Shown here piece after piece: positions 49,861 through 63,782 of a DNA stretch of 64,000 nt (the first letter of the stretch is position 1; the number at the start of each line of letters is the position of its first letter). Source of the stretch: Camelus dromedarius (Eukaryota); NCBI RefSeq assembly GCF_036321535.1, contig NC_087437.1, positions 44,394,001 to 44,458,000 on the forward strand. Reading direction: 5' to 3'. The translations under genes were made by a program, and so were the position numbers. The notes under the pieces are model-generated. The model saw only the letters and a program-made list of their open reading frames with translations. It did no database searches and was not told where the DNA came from.

Positions 49861-52800
49861 TGTCTCGTATAAAGTAGAATAACCCATTTACTTAACAACT
49901 CTCTACCTATGGACTGTAAGAGGGAACTCTTAAGGTTAAATCAAAATGCAGTGTTCCATAATGGTTTTATAAATTAATGGGAAGAAAGTCTGTGTAAAAA
50001 TTTGAAAATAGAACTCGGTTATCATATTTTATAATAAATAAATACTAAATAATAGCTAAATTTCAAAACATGATTGTTTTGAAAAGCAATTTATTATTTT
50101 TGTGAAGTAAACATCAAGACATTTTGAGAAGAAATAAATTGCTTTTATATATGGAAGTTATGTTTATTATTGCCATCTATCTGATAGCATTTTGCCTGAT
50201 AAATCAATGTATTTAATTCATAATTTAAATAAAAATAAAAAAGTTAGACACCCTTCTTGGAAGTCAGTCATTGTGTTGGCTTTCACAGCAGAGCTGGAAA
50301 TTTTTTCTGTGTCTTTCAGATGGAACATTCTTTTAGTAAAGGATGGCTTCCTGACAGTTATTTATCTTGAGAGGCTATAAAACTTGGGATTAATTGCATG
50401 TTTTGTACAAATGTCAGTTACTGATTTAGTTTTGATGGATCTATTCATGTCCTGTTGGAGCTTTGGGTGAGTTAAGGTATTGCTTATCATCAGTCTTTGG
50501 CTGACCCCTGAAAAGTAAAAATCAGTTGTCATGAGAAAACCATTTTTTCTTATAGAGTCTTCAAGAGACAACAGACATGTTGTGCTATTTGATAGACCTA
50601 TGAAGGTAGTACAGGTATTAAGAATGAAATTTGACCTAGTTTTGCTCATTCTTACTAGGCTGGCAACTTTAAACTATGTAGATATCAAAATGAAATGTAG
50701 TTAATAAGGATATGATGCTGTTTGCACACATGCCTTGTTAATTCAAGCCCTAACCATTAGGACGTAGAATTCAGCGGTATAAACCTCTTGGGCGTTACTT
50801 TGGATCCTTCTACATAAATGTTTGGTGGTGTTGTGGTGGTTACTTCACAATGTACAAATAAACAATGCACTTCTGTCCTTTGATAGGGCTTACTAATTCT
50901 TTACACGTTGTTTGCAACTTTAGCTAACACAAATTGTGTTCCTGTACATGGGCTCATTTAGTGGTTCCCAGCAACTGTGACTTTTTTTTTCTTCAGCTGA
51001 AGTTACTTGACATCTACATGTAGTCAAATTGCCATCACAGCCTCTGAGATTAGTCACTATTAAAGGGAGATACGAGATTCTCTAATTAATCCAGTCTTTC
51101 CAAACCTCAGTTTCCTCATCTCTAATGTTTCAGTAAAAATACTTTCCAGGGTTGAAATGCACATTGATAAATCATCATCATTATTATTAGTGCTAGTTCA
51201 TCAATAATCAGAGAAGTGTCCCCAAGAAAATCATGCTTTTCTCCCATGTTAATATTATGCCCCTTTCTTTAATAAAATGCCGGCTTTTAAATCACAGTCC
51301 TGATGCATCACTTGGCACTTCCCTTCATGGCACTTTGCCTTATGTTTCTTGTCTCTGTCCAGGGACTGAATTTTGCTCTAGATTCATAGCCCATGCAGAA
51401 GTCTTGCTACCAGCTATCTAATTACTTGACAGTTGACTGCTTCCTGGATTTTTTGCACGTTGTCCAGTGTTACATTCCTCATCACCAGGCTCTGGCTACA
51501 TCTCAGACCACTTCTATGGTTTCCTTAATGTCCCTTTGAGAATCCTGTCCTCAGTAATTCTGCAAGCAATGCCTTCTAACCACCAGGTCAGAAGTCATTT
51601 TAGTTGATGGCCTGGCTCATTCTTAGAGGTTATGTTTGTCTCTGTACCCCTGATTCATCAATTCAACCCTTGATTTCTTGCATACAGGCCAGTCTACAGT
51701 CATTCCATTGAAAAAATTTGAAACAATCTACAAATCCTGGGCCTGACCTTTTTTTTTTTTTTATAATTAAATAATTCTTTTTGGATAAGACAGGAAATAA
51801 GAATGTGAGGACTGGTTTAGTCAGACAGACAGTCTGGGTGGTAATAAACATATTCCTAGAGAAAAATGTGGGGCTAAATGGAATTATCTCTAAATAGAAT
51901 GATTTCTTTTCTATTAATTTATATGACATGATGACATGTCAGTAAATCCTTAATGGATGAATAATTTTAGTGCCAATTTGTAATCATCCTTTCCAAAGAT
52001 AACTTAAATGCATTTTCCAGCCTGCCAATAACCTGTCACAAGTGTACTGCATGGCTTCTTATTTGATTTGTAAAATTCTTTTTAGACTTTTAGTATGACA
52101 AGAAATAGTATAAATGCAGTCGTATGAAAAAAAGATTACCAATTATGAATATTACATGCCCTGATTCCCATTCCCCATCTTTTCTCATATACTAGTGTTA
52201 TTAATATTAAAGTGAAATTAAATTCTGCTGTGACCATTTTCTTTAGCATAATTGTTGGTTCCATCAGTTTATAAGAAATAAAATGAATTACCTAAGGCTT
52301 CTTAATGAGGCCTCAAGGGAGTATAAAATATACCCTTTATTTAAAGAGAAATGTAAATAGTTGCAACAAATTCATGGAAAAGTAGATAATTATTTACAAT
52401 TGTTACTTTTCTAGAATACATATTGTAAGAAGAGAGGTCAAAGAACTAAAAAGCCTACTTGGGCCTAGATGATGTAAAATATATAGAATGAGTGCTGGGG
52501 ACCAAGGTACGTAGGTAGTGAACGGCCGAGCTCATGCCCTGTTTTAAAGAGCTGAGTGCTCCTTGCTGCAATAGATTGAGAAGCAAGAGTTCCAGACCAG
52601 TGATGCCAGATCTTCAAACTAAAAAATGAGACCAGAAAAAGGAAGACCCAGCAATTCTGGATTTCTTAAAACTTTCAGTTGTGTTAGTAAATACAAGATA
52701 CGGGAATACCAAAATACTGATTCATACATACTTCAGGTATTTTGTATATTGTTGTTTTTGGCTTATGTCTACAACATAATTGAATTCAGGAAAAAAAAAA

Positions 52801-53939
52801 AAAAAAGCAAAACAACCAGCTTTGTTCTCCTCATTTATCTCTGGTTATACATGTGCTGAGTGCAACCCAACATGGTGCATACTGCCAAAACCTACAGAGG
52901 GAGGTATAGAAGAATATAAAAATGAGGACATTTCAGTTCTTTTAGAGAAATATTGAGGAAAGCTTGCCCAGCAACAGCATGTGCTCACTGCAATCCTCAC
53001 AAAAGCTTTGTTTCTCAAAAAATAACAAGCAAAAGAAGCAACTCTGCTTTGTGTGACTTTCTTGCTTAGGACTCAAATTAAATTTCACATGGGCCAAAAA
53101 TTAGTTCAAGTATTCCCAAACAGCATGATTTAATTTGGAAATATATGCATATATTTTTAAAGGCTCTAAAAATAGTGTGCTAACTGTCCATGAAAAGTAG
53201 TGCTGAATGTGGTAATTAACAGAAGTTGCTTGTTTGGTACTTATTTCTCACAGTTAGCTTAACAGATTTCAATATAATTATGTAATACCATTATGGTTGT
53301 GAAAAGAACAGTGTGTGACTAAGAAAAATCAGAGCTCTAGTTTTAACTATATACCTATTTAAACATTGTGTGGCCTAAGAAACCATGAACCTATATGAAA
53401 ATAAGCTTGTGCCCATGTTCCAGGAATTAAAACAATGATTTGGAGTAGTGGACTCCAAAGAATTAGTTTATTTCTCTTACACTTCTCCTTCTATTACCTT
53501 TTGGCTTTTGTCTTCATTGGAGTTTGCCAGGAAATTCCAAACCTACTTGCTCATGAGAGGTAGTGAATCATAGTTTGTGTATATAGAAGCCATAAAAATG
53601 GTGAAGAGTAAGGAAAGGCAGGGGAGCATGAATGGGTAATATCTGTGTTAATTTAACTGTGTTTAAAGAGCCTGACCAAGTTGCTGAAATTAGCATGGTA
53701 TATTTCAGTTCTTTGCTGGCTAAATTTTTAAGATAAGATGAAACATACTTTTTAGTTATTTCCTATATTATATAATTCTTATATTATGTAAATGGACTAT
53801 AAATATTAAATAATATTTATGTATCATAGAGATATTCCCTATTAGATAATTAAAGGATATTTATTAAAAGAATATCTATTGAAAACTCATGGGTTATTAA
53901 AAAAATAGCCAAAATGCATATCAGAAAGTCCATAGGATT

Positions 53940-54590
53940 TTTTCTTTTGTACATTTGTTTTCTATTTCAGTCATTTGCTATTTTCTGTCATTTCCTTCTT
54001 TAAAATTTCATTTGAGTTTATTTCAATACTTTTCTCATTTTTTGAAATTGAAGCTAAGTCACTGACTTTTTCTTAAGTATTTGTTTCAGGCAATACATTT
54101 TTCTCTCAGCACTGCTTTAGCTGCTTCCCATAAATGCTGTGATGTTGTATTTTCATTATCATTCATTTAAAATATTCCCTATTTCTATTTTAATTTCATG
54201 ACTTATTAGTTACTAAGAGGAATTATCTAATTTCCAAGCAACTGGAATTTCTGCTTATACTTTTGTTATTGGTTCCTAGCCTAATTTTACTGTCTTCATA
54301 GCATACAGTCTGTATAATTTTAGTGTTTTGAAGTTTGTTGAGACTTGATTTATGGCCTACTACATGGGCAATTTTGGTAAATATTCCATGTGCATTTACA
54401 AAGTCATTGGGTATGGTTTTCTATGTATGTCACATTGGTCATTTCTAAAAAATGTTACTCAAGTCATCTATTCCCTAACTTATCTTTTTCTGCTTATTCT
54501 ATCAGCTACTGAGAGAAGTTTGTTAAAATTTCCATATGTGATTGTGAATTTGCCCATCTTCTTTGTAATTTCAAATTGTTTCTACAAGTT
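53940..54590 (-). mobile_element. Ancient L1M ORF2 (endonuclease-proximal) remnant
   Basis: 'cactgctttagctgcttcccataaat...gttgtattttcattatcattc', 'tttgttgagacttg'. Confidence 0.75.
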
Positions 54591-55211
54591 TCAAATCCTA
54601 CCTCACTTAACTAGGTATCAGGGAGCCTTGTCTGTCTGATTGAATCACTATTTAATCACTTAGTTGCAATACACACAGTGACTGCCACACATAGATACTC
54701 AGTGGTTATTTTTGGAGGGAAAAATGAATGTGAGAATAAAAAATAAGTATCTAATGGCAAAGTCCAAAAAATATGTATGGGATGGTACAAAGTGAGATTT
54801 GACCAGTTGCCGAAGAAGTTAAAGTTTTGGCCAGATTTTTCCCGATGGGAGCTTTTTTGTTTCCTTGTGCACAGTAGATATTGTGATAAAAGTAGTTTGT
54901 TTTTCCCTTGATCTGGGAGCACATTAGCCTTTTGTGTTTTCATCGACTGGATTAGTATCACCAGTGTGCATTCAGGAGTGTGAACACATACACACACACA
55001 AAGACATCTTTGACCTAGCTTTAACAAATGTTCACCGTCTCTGTTCTTACTGGAAAGCTTCCAGTTCTCTGAAACTTGGCTCGCTTCTCTGTCCTCCAGC
55101 CTGGGTGCTGTCAGCTTGCTCTGCCAGCCTTCATTAACTGGGAGTGTTGAGGGCCTGGGAAATGCTTATTATTTAGCCATTTCCCGTTACCATCTTAAAC
55201 ATGGACTAGAG

Positions 55212-56595
55212 CAGTGGTTGTCAAATGTTCTGGTCACAGAACTCCTTTGCAATCTTCAACATTATTGAGATCTCCTAAGAGTTTGAAGGTTTTCTATGTC
55301 TATACTGAATATACTAGGATTAAAACTGAGAAAAAATTTTAAAGATCTATTAATTTATTTAAAAATAATAAAAATGCCATAACACATAACAAAAATAAAA
55401 CATTTTATTTAAAAAACTATCTTTCAAAGAAAAATTGAGAAGTGGGGTGGTGTTCTATACTTTTTAAAAGTATCTTTAACGTCTTGCTTAATAGTAGACT
55501 GCTGGGCCCTCATATCTGCTTTTGTAGTCAGCCTGTTGAGATATGTTTTAGTTGAAATATACAGAGGAAATGTCGCCTTATTTACATATATAGTTGGAAA
55601 AGGGTGATATATTTTAAAAACTTTTCCAGGTAGTTGTGGCTATTCAAAATTATATGAAAACACGAGTGGTAGTTACTTAATAGTTGCTTACAATGTGGAA
55701 CCTGAAATTATGCCAGTAAACTTTTTACACTTTATTATATTAAAATAAGATGGCCAGTCTTACATTTTAATTGGGTGCCTTTTACATTGCCCATTTGGAA
55801 AATACCATTTCACTGAATAATGCAGATCTTCTCAATGTTGACATATTCCTTTACATGACATTTAAAAAAACACATTTATTCACGTTACCACTGATCTCAT
55901 CAGAAGTATTTTTTTTTGCTTTAGAAATCTGTAAAGTTCATTGTGACAAATGCAAATTTTCCATAATTCTATTTTTTATTCAAAAGCTTGAATATTTTTA
56001 TCAGCAACAAAAACTGTTATTTTCTTATAGTCCCACTTTGCTTATGTTGGAGAAATGTCTCCCAGGTACTCACGTCTGATCTGCCGTTGTTCATCTGTCC
56101 ATAATTCTCTCAAGTAGAAATGTTGTTTCATGAACAGAAATACTAAATCAGTTCACAACTCACATGCACACTTCTTCTGAAGACTGTTCCATTTCTGTCT
56201 GCACAGACGTGCTGTGTGTTTCCTGATTCCAAAACAAAAATGATTAAAAAGATGTATGCTAAAAGTTTGAGACTTACTAAAATTAGTAAGTTTCAAAGTT
56301 TCAGCAATGTTACTCTTAAGTGAAACTTGCTTTTTCTGCTAGTGGATAGTAGTAGAGAATTCAGTGACTATTAGTTAAGTTTGTTGCCACTGTCCTTGTT
56401 TGTACCAAAAGGCCAGCAGTTATGTCCACTGTTTCTTTATACCATTAGTGTGCATTTGAACACAGTGAAAAAGGCAAGTAGTGTCTTAGTATTATTATGA
56501 AAATAATTGTGATGACCTCATAGATCCCTGAAGGGGGCCCTTAAGGGGCCACAGGTTCCCTAAGAGTTTGGGGGACCACAGTTCAAGGATTAATG
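55212..56595. mobile_element. Charlie1a-like hAT DNA transposon, near full length (~1.4 kb), non-autonomous
   Basis: Starts 'cagtggttgtcaaatgttctggtcacagaactcctttgcaatc'; internal 'ttaccactgatctcatcagaa'; ends 'cttagtattattatgaaaata...ggaccacagtt'. Confidence 0.85.
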
Positions 56596-57399
56596 GATGA
56601 TGAAAGTTGCCTCATGAGGTAGAGCTATTTGGATAGGGCCAGGGCACAGAGACAAATTTCTAGATATCCTTTCTTAAAACTTGGGGATTCAATTTTGTTT
56701 TTCTAGGCCAATTGTAATGTAATTTTAAATTTTGTGTGCAGGATTTGAGCTTATGATTGTCACCCACCTAAAACAGTGGTTAGCATAAAGCAAATGCTCA
56801 GAACATGGGTGGTGGTGACTGTATAAGGGCTGTAACTATTGCGGGTATTTATTTTAAAAAACGTTTGAATTGCAAGTCCAATTTTGCCAACTGGTAATAA
56901 CAGTTTTTTTAATTACCAGGAGAGTGTTTTCTTGTTGAGATCATTCTCTCATGTTCTTTTGTTAAATGTTTTGCTTATCTGTGTGTTCTATTTTTTTCCT
57001 CCAGTAAATACACATTGCTGATGTAATTTAAAATATACTTTTAAAGGGAGATGGTTTTAATTTTTCTATGAAGAATAAGTAATCAATAATCTGAGATCTT
57101 TCTAAACTTAACTTTGTCATTGTGCTCTTATCCTTAACTTTTAATGACCTATAGGGGAGAAAGAAAATATGTTACAAAATGAATCCAGTGTCTGGAATTC
57201 AAATATGTGTCGATATATTCCAATATCATGAACTCTCTCAGAAAAAGAGAAAGATAACAATAGGGTTTTGTATTTCCAACCATGAATCAAATTAAGTCCA
57301 TGTGTATATTCTGATGCAGTCCTTATACTAACGTAGATGCTGTTCTTCTTGTTTTAGTACATGGGATGGCTCATCTAGGAAAGGAGGAGAGAAAGCAAA

Positions 57400-57630
57400 G
57401 TAAGCTTTATTATGTCCCTGGAGGTGCTAGAGATTGTGCTGAGCACTTTGCGTGTGTTATCTCACTTAATGCTCTCAGAAAAAAACATAGCATATTATTG
57501 TTCAACACATTACAATATGGAAACTAAATTGAAAAATATAGTGATATGCACAAGGTCATCTAGTTTATATGTGAAGACCAGAAATGTAAGCCCCCTTTTC
57601 CTGAATCCATAATTGACAATCTTTCTATTC
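57400..57630 (-). mobile_element. MIR SINE
   Basis: 'tgtgctgagcactttgcgtgtgttatctcacttaat', 'atggaaactaaa', 'gcacaaggtca'. Confidence 0.75.
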
Positions 57631-59889
57631 TAGATCCAGCTCCTCCCAAAGCTCCCATCTCTCCCACCCCCAACCCTACCCACTTACCATCTACCAATCT
57701 TCTATTGACAGTGTTGTCCAATTATCCTGGGTTATTTATGAGATTCAGTAGATGAGGTTCTGGCCCACTAGGAATAGTGTATGTCAGAAATATATCAACA
57801 TCAATGCTGCTCATTTCTCGTCTAGCAAAAGCCTTTTTGTTTTTTTTCTTCATGTATACAATAGAGATGGAGCTCTTAAATGACAGCTTATTCAAATATC
57901 TCAACGTGCAATATGCTTTTCTTGTCAAAACTCGTTTTCTATCATTTTAACATTTACTTTTCATTTTCCATTTTTTTTTCCATACTGTCATGACTTCCAA
58001 TGACCAGACATCTCTACAGATTGATTTGAATGCATTTCATAAAGTTAGGTGTATTAACAGTTGTTTTTCTCATTATTTATGCAACTTGTCATGTAATGGG
58101 TATGACTTAATAGAGAAGATTTCACTCTCGAGTGCTGAAATGAATCTGCCTGTGAAGGAAGGTAGTCTTGATTAACAATTGATGAGAAACACTTAAATTC
58201 TTGCTGATTTTGATTGTTGTCTTGAGATAAACATTATAATTCATTGTTCTGACAGTAGCTTTAATCTATTTGCAGTGTCACAGAAAGACAATATCTAAAA
58301 ATTATTTTTAAAATATATTGATTCCTCTCATTATATAAAATTACTTTTGTTTTAGTCAGCCTTGCAGGACTACTCTAGATTTAATTTGCTATATTAAAAA
58401 TAAACTGAAATAAGTATGTATCATGTTAAAATTATATTTTTAATATGGTCTTAACAGTATAATTAATAAAAAGTATTTACTGATTATTTGCTGTGATTCC
58501 CATTTACTAGGCACAAGAAACTAGTTGGAATTTCAGGATATATTAAAAGATTTGTTCTTAAAAAGTTTACTTTTTAAGATTAGTAAAATACATTAATAAT
58601 TTTGTGTTAATGCCAAGAAAAGGGAATCATGTTAGTGTTTTAGGTACTTTAAAAGATTCTCAGTAAATATGCTTGTTCTGAAGTATGAAAATAAATAATT
58701 TTTGTTAGGATCTTACTGAAATGGAGTATGCTTCTCCCAATATTTATTCATTGGATCATAGGGTAGTGACTATTTAAAACAAGAAACCATGTAAGTTTCG
58801 GTACCATCTAAGTTTATGTCATTGCATTAGAGAATCAAGCAGATGAAATTGAAGACTTACGTCTTACTGATTGGATTAACTTGTCCATTTTGTGAATCAA
58901 CTTTGAGGTTTAGTTTAGATGATTAAGGTGACTTAATCAGAAAGTGACCTTTGACGACTATTTTCCCTGAAAAACGGAGAAAAGATCTCAGGTATTATTA
59001 ACAGTAAGTATAATGTTATGTTCAGGACTGGTACATTCTATAAAAGCTTATTAGCCTCCATGAATTGTATTAACCTTCATTTTGTTCAGTCACATTTCTT
59101 CTTTCTAAAATATATTTTTAAATGCTTCATCATAACATACTACTGTATTTTTTTCCTGCAATCCAAATGTGCACTCCTTATTAACCAGGATGAAACTACT
59201 CCTGTACTAACATGAGCAAGGATGAAAAAAATTGAGTTGCATCACTTGAGTCTTGAGTTTGTTTGTTTGTTTCTTTTTTGGTCTGATTCAGGTAGTAACA
59301 GATATATTGGCAGTTCATTTTATTTCTGCATGACCTGGCATTTAGTCAAGTTTATTTTACTGTTTGTATAATATAATATAATATAAAGTTATAAGTAATA
59401 GTATAATATAAGGTTAAAAGTAATACCAAGTTAATGAATCAAGTTTTGTTGGAGTACCAGCTTTATGCAGGAGACTTAGCTGGAGATCAGCACGCCCATC
59501 CGCATGCTTTCTGTAACTTGCAAGTGCAGACGACTGTGCATCATATTTTCTTTGATCACAAGGAGAGGCAGCTATTAAGATCTCTTTAGGTTAATCTACC
59601 TCTGTGCTACTTTTTTTTTTTTTTTTAAATGAAGTAGGTAAGGAGCAGTTTTCTCTTCTCGGTCTGGTGGTTCTCAAACTCTGTGGTTTGAGCTATTGTA
59701 TTCTTGAAAACTTACTTAGATTTCCCTAAGTCTTATTTTTCCATGAGCATAAGGATTGCTTTCCTCTAACCTCACATCATCTATTTTTTTCTTATTTTAC
59801 CCCGGTTCTGTGCTTTATAACATTCAACATTTTTATTGCTCTTGGAAAGCATCTAAGTTTGGAAGACTGCTCCTTCTAAACAGCAGTGC

Positions 59890-60100
59890 CATAGAGTGGA
59901 AATCTAAAGTACAAAGTAGTGGAGTAGAAATCTGACCTATTTAATCTGGGACATTTTACATCTTGATTACATTACCTGACCCTAAAATTTCTTATCTCTA
60001 GAATGGTAACAGTCATTACATGAGACTCTTTCTATAAGACCATTACGCACAATGTTTTCAGGCTCTGTGGTAGAGGTTCAATACATGATTTGCTGTTAGT
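59890..60100 (+). mobile_element. MIR SINE (degenerate)
   Basis: 'tttcttatctctagaatggtaacag', tail 'gtagaggttcaatacatg'. Confidence 0.5.
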
Positions 60101-60549
60101 ATGTTACTTTAGAAGGAAGGAAGTAGTTGAATAAGTATCATGCTTTCAGTTGGCATGGTAATAATGACTGCCTGGCAGGGAAGATGAGGTGATGTTGCCT
60201 TTCCCTCCTAACCATTTAATTTCTTGCTATCGTGTGTGATAAAGTTTTACCATGCATTTCAGTCTTACTGTTTCTAAAACAAAATTAAGAGATGAGAAGT
60301 CAGTTCACACTATAGAGTCTTTCAATTTACTATACATATAACACATGATTCAAATAATTTTATTAACTACATTGAATACCAAATCAAATAACAACCTTAA
60401 TAAACTTTTGACTTTTCAATATGTGAGAAATATCCACTGGTATGGTAGGGGTGTGTGTGTAGGTTATTGTATACACACACAAGAAAATCTCAGTGGCCCT
60501 TACTAAGCGTGCTGTTTGTTTTCTGTGTAATGCTTGTGTGTTTCTTTAG

Positions 60550-61175
60550 GTGCTTGCTTTCCTCGTTCATTTACAGTGTAATCTTGGCACTCACTCTAGT
60601 GCTTGGAATACCACATGCGTCGCTTCCTCCAGTTCTAACACCAGTGCTGTTCTGTGGCTCATCCAGTAGCAGGTGTTGAACACTGATAGAAACAGAATTT
60701 TGTCTACAAAAGCCAAAATCCTCCCATTTCCAGTCTCTACTGGCCAATGAAACACTAATGCCAAAGTTACTTCCAAATTCAAGTCTCAGGCATGACAGTT
60801 CATTTTGCTTCCTGCCAAAACTACTGGCCCATGCAATCTCCTGTTCTAAAAATTAAGGCAGAGCAAAACTTTTGGTCAAATACTTGGTGATTTTAGGTGA
60901 CATACTCCTAGTTTTGCAGCTTTTTTTTGAAATTAGTAAATTGAGATTATACTGCAGTTAATTATTTCATAACATTTCTCTTTGAATATAGCAAACTGCC
61001 TCATTATAGCAGAATTGTTCACCATAAATCCCAAAGTACTGTGGGGAAAAAAGGTCAGAAAACTAGAAATTCTCAAATTTAGACATTTTAATATTCTTAG
61101 TAATTCAAAGTGATTAATGAATAGAATCACTTGACCAAACCATTTGTATCAATAAAACTGATTTCTTCAAAATAA
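60550..61175 (+). other. Candidate 3'-terminal exon of an unidentified + strand gene
   Basis: Branch-point-like tactaag (60501), AG-free T-rich tract, tttctttag|G acceptor, early stops in all frames, first AATAAA at 61151. Confidence 0.35.
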
Positions 61176-62915
61176 TTTAGATTTAAAGGATACATAATTT
61201 CAGACCATAGAACTCATATAGCTTCTTTAGTTTGTTTTTTTTTTTTTTTTTTTTTTTTTTGCTGGGGGAGTGCAAGAGGTAAGACTGAAGTAAACAATTG
61301 GATAAATTTAAACTACAGTTTTAAAGGCAGCAGAATTAAAACGTAATCTTAGGAAGACTGGGCTTGAACTGGTGATTATTAATTATGTGGAATGTTAGGC
61401 AATATTTATTAAGAAATTATGTTTCCTCCAACATTTTTAAAGACCAGTATTTTATAGCCATGTGTATACCAAAGCTTTAATATCTTTTAGGATGCATTTT
61501 TGTTGAAATAGTTTTATTCTTCAGACTACTATAGTACATGTCCCCTTCCATCCAGTCAACCACCTTATTATACAAGATTTAATAAGATGATCTCTATCAG
61601 GTAGAGATAATGTCTAAAATGATATATAAATAAATTTTGAACAAATACCTACAATGTAAGTCCATAGGAGAAGCAGGAACTTGAGTCATAATTCTTAGCT
61701 GCTTATCCAGATTTTTTTCCCTCTTAGATGTGGGAATAGCAGTCAGAACTTACAGAGAAATCACGTTTTACCTATGTAAGGAGTTAGGTGCTCAATTTGG
61801 TGCACTTCTGTTTTTGGTATTTTTAAGTAGATATTATGAAAAACACATAGAGGATGCATACAGTATCACACATCTCCATTAAAGCACTGGTATTCCGAGC
61901 AGACAGGACAGAGAGAAATCAGCAAGGGAAACAAAACTTGGAATAAAGTACTGTGGCAAGTGGTGAAACCGCAAAGCTAGAACTTTAAGGATTAATAGCA
62001 AGTGACACAGAAAGCAGGGAAAGAGCTGTTATTCAAAGAAGAACTAATAAAAATTCTTACAGCATTAAAGACATTGACTCGGCAGTTCATAGTTCTCCCA
62101 TAATAAGAACGTCAAGTACAGACAATTTGTAGTTTAATACCTATTTTTCAAAAATTATTATATTCAAGTTCTCTGAAAGAACAGATCGAGAAAGTGAATA
62201 CAGAGGTGAAAAAAATAATGAAGATGTTCTTGAGGAAGAACAAATAGGAGGGCTTGCCATTCTGAATATTAAGGCATATTCTGTGGTAATAGTAATGAAA
62301 ATAGAGTATCATTGTGGATATGGATCAAAAGTCTAATGGAATTGATTAAGGAGCCCAGTCAGACCCACACACATATAGAAATTTATATATGACAACTGTC
62401 ATTGCACATGAATGAAGAATGTGACAAAGGGAACTAGGGTGATTCAGAAAAAGAAAAAAAGTAATATTCCATGCATTCCTACCTCACACACACACACACC
62501 CACACACCCCCATTCTGGGTAGACACTGAAATGTGAAAAACTGAATTCTTTAGAACTGTTATGAGAATAACTTCATTACTTCACATTTCAGAAGGATTTT
62601 GTAAGCACATCAGAAAAATGCAAACCATTATATTGAAAACCATGGGCATTAAGATTATAAACTTTTAATCACCCTAAAACATGACATTGAAAATGAAAGA
62701 GAAGCCAAAAACTGGAGAAGATAAGTAGAATATATATGAGCTAAAAGAAAAATTATCCAGACTATATAAAGACTTCCATGAATGTGGTGAATGGACACAG
62801 TCAGTCACTGCATGGAAAGGGAACATGGAGGGCTAAATAATACATGAAAAGCTCTTTATTAGTCATCATGGAAATGCAAATTAAACCCACAGTGGGACAC
62901 AGTTGTACCCATTTT

Positions 62916-63053
62916 GGCTTGTTTGTTTGTTTTTTGAAGGGTAGGTAATTAGGTTTCTTCATTGATCTCTTCTTGGAGGAGGTACTGGAGTTTGAACCCC
63001 TGACCTCTTGGTTGCTGAACATGCACTCTACCACTTGAGATATACTCTTCCCC
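62916..63053 (-). mobile_element. tRNA-Ala-derived SINE (camelid Vic-1 type, longer tail variant)
   Basis: Reverse complement 'ggggaagagtatatctcaagtggtagagtgcatgttcagc...gggttcaaactccagtacctcc...aaacctaattacc'; degenerate TSD cacagttgtacc / cacaattttacc. Confidence 0.85.
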
Positions 63054-63582
63054 CACAATTTTACCTTTTTTGGACTGCAAAAATTAGGTACTCTGAAAAT
63101 AGGACCTTTTAAATAATGCCGGTAGTACAGAAAACTTTGGAAAACTATTCAGCATACCTTGCAACCCAGTGACAGTATTTGTGAGTTAAACAAATAATGG
63201 TACACAATTTAATACCCACTACCCTTGGTAAGAATATATAGTAAAATAAAATACTGAACAGCACCAGCTATTGGTGAGGAATGGAGGAATAATTCATGCA
63301 GAGCTGGCAGGAGTATAATCAGAACCTTTTAAAGAAGCATTTTGGCATTTATGATTAAAGTTACACAAGCACATACCCTATGGAGCAGTAATTCCTTCCC
63401 TAGAGAAATTCTGACATATGTCTTCTAGGAAACATGGATAAGAATGATCAATGCATCATTGTTTGCAATCATAAAAAACAAAATAATTTAAAAATACTTA
63501 TCTTAGGAAATTGATAAATAAACCTAGAGGAATCTCAGAAATATAATCCTGAGTAAAGAAATCACAAAAGAATACAAATATT

Positions 63583-63782
63583 TACTATAATCATCATATC
63601 GTAAGTTGCTAAGAGAGTAGATTGTTAATATTTTCACCACAGAAAATAATGATAGTTATGTGATGAAGGAATTAGCTAATGCTATGATGGTAATCATTTG
63701 CAATATATAAGTATCAAATCATGATGTTATGTGCTTTAAACTTACATAATGTCGTATATCAGTATATGTAAAAAAAAAAAAA
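63583..63782 (+). mobile_element. Short L1MA-type 3' end inserted in older L1
   Basis: 'gttgctaagagagtagat...ggtaatcatttgcaatatataagtatcaaatca' plus poly-A; repeat aaaagaatac on both sides. Confidence 0.8.

Noticed and set aside
50362..50510. Minus-strand acceptor ttttacttttcag with short open frames
   Set aside because: Only a weak donor; no link to other candidates
55771..56079. 102-aa ORF in the Charlie element as a transposase
   Set aside because: Short, decayed non-autonomous copy with no recognisable catalytic motifs
58709..58795. Possible + exon DLTEMEYASPNIYSLDHR
   Set aside because: Weak A-rich acceptor, and in-frame stops precede the only gtaagt donor
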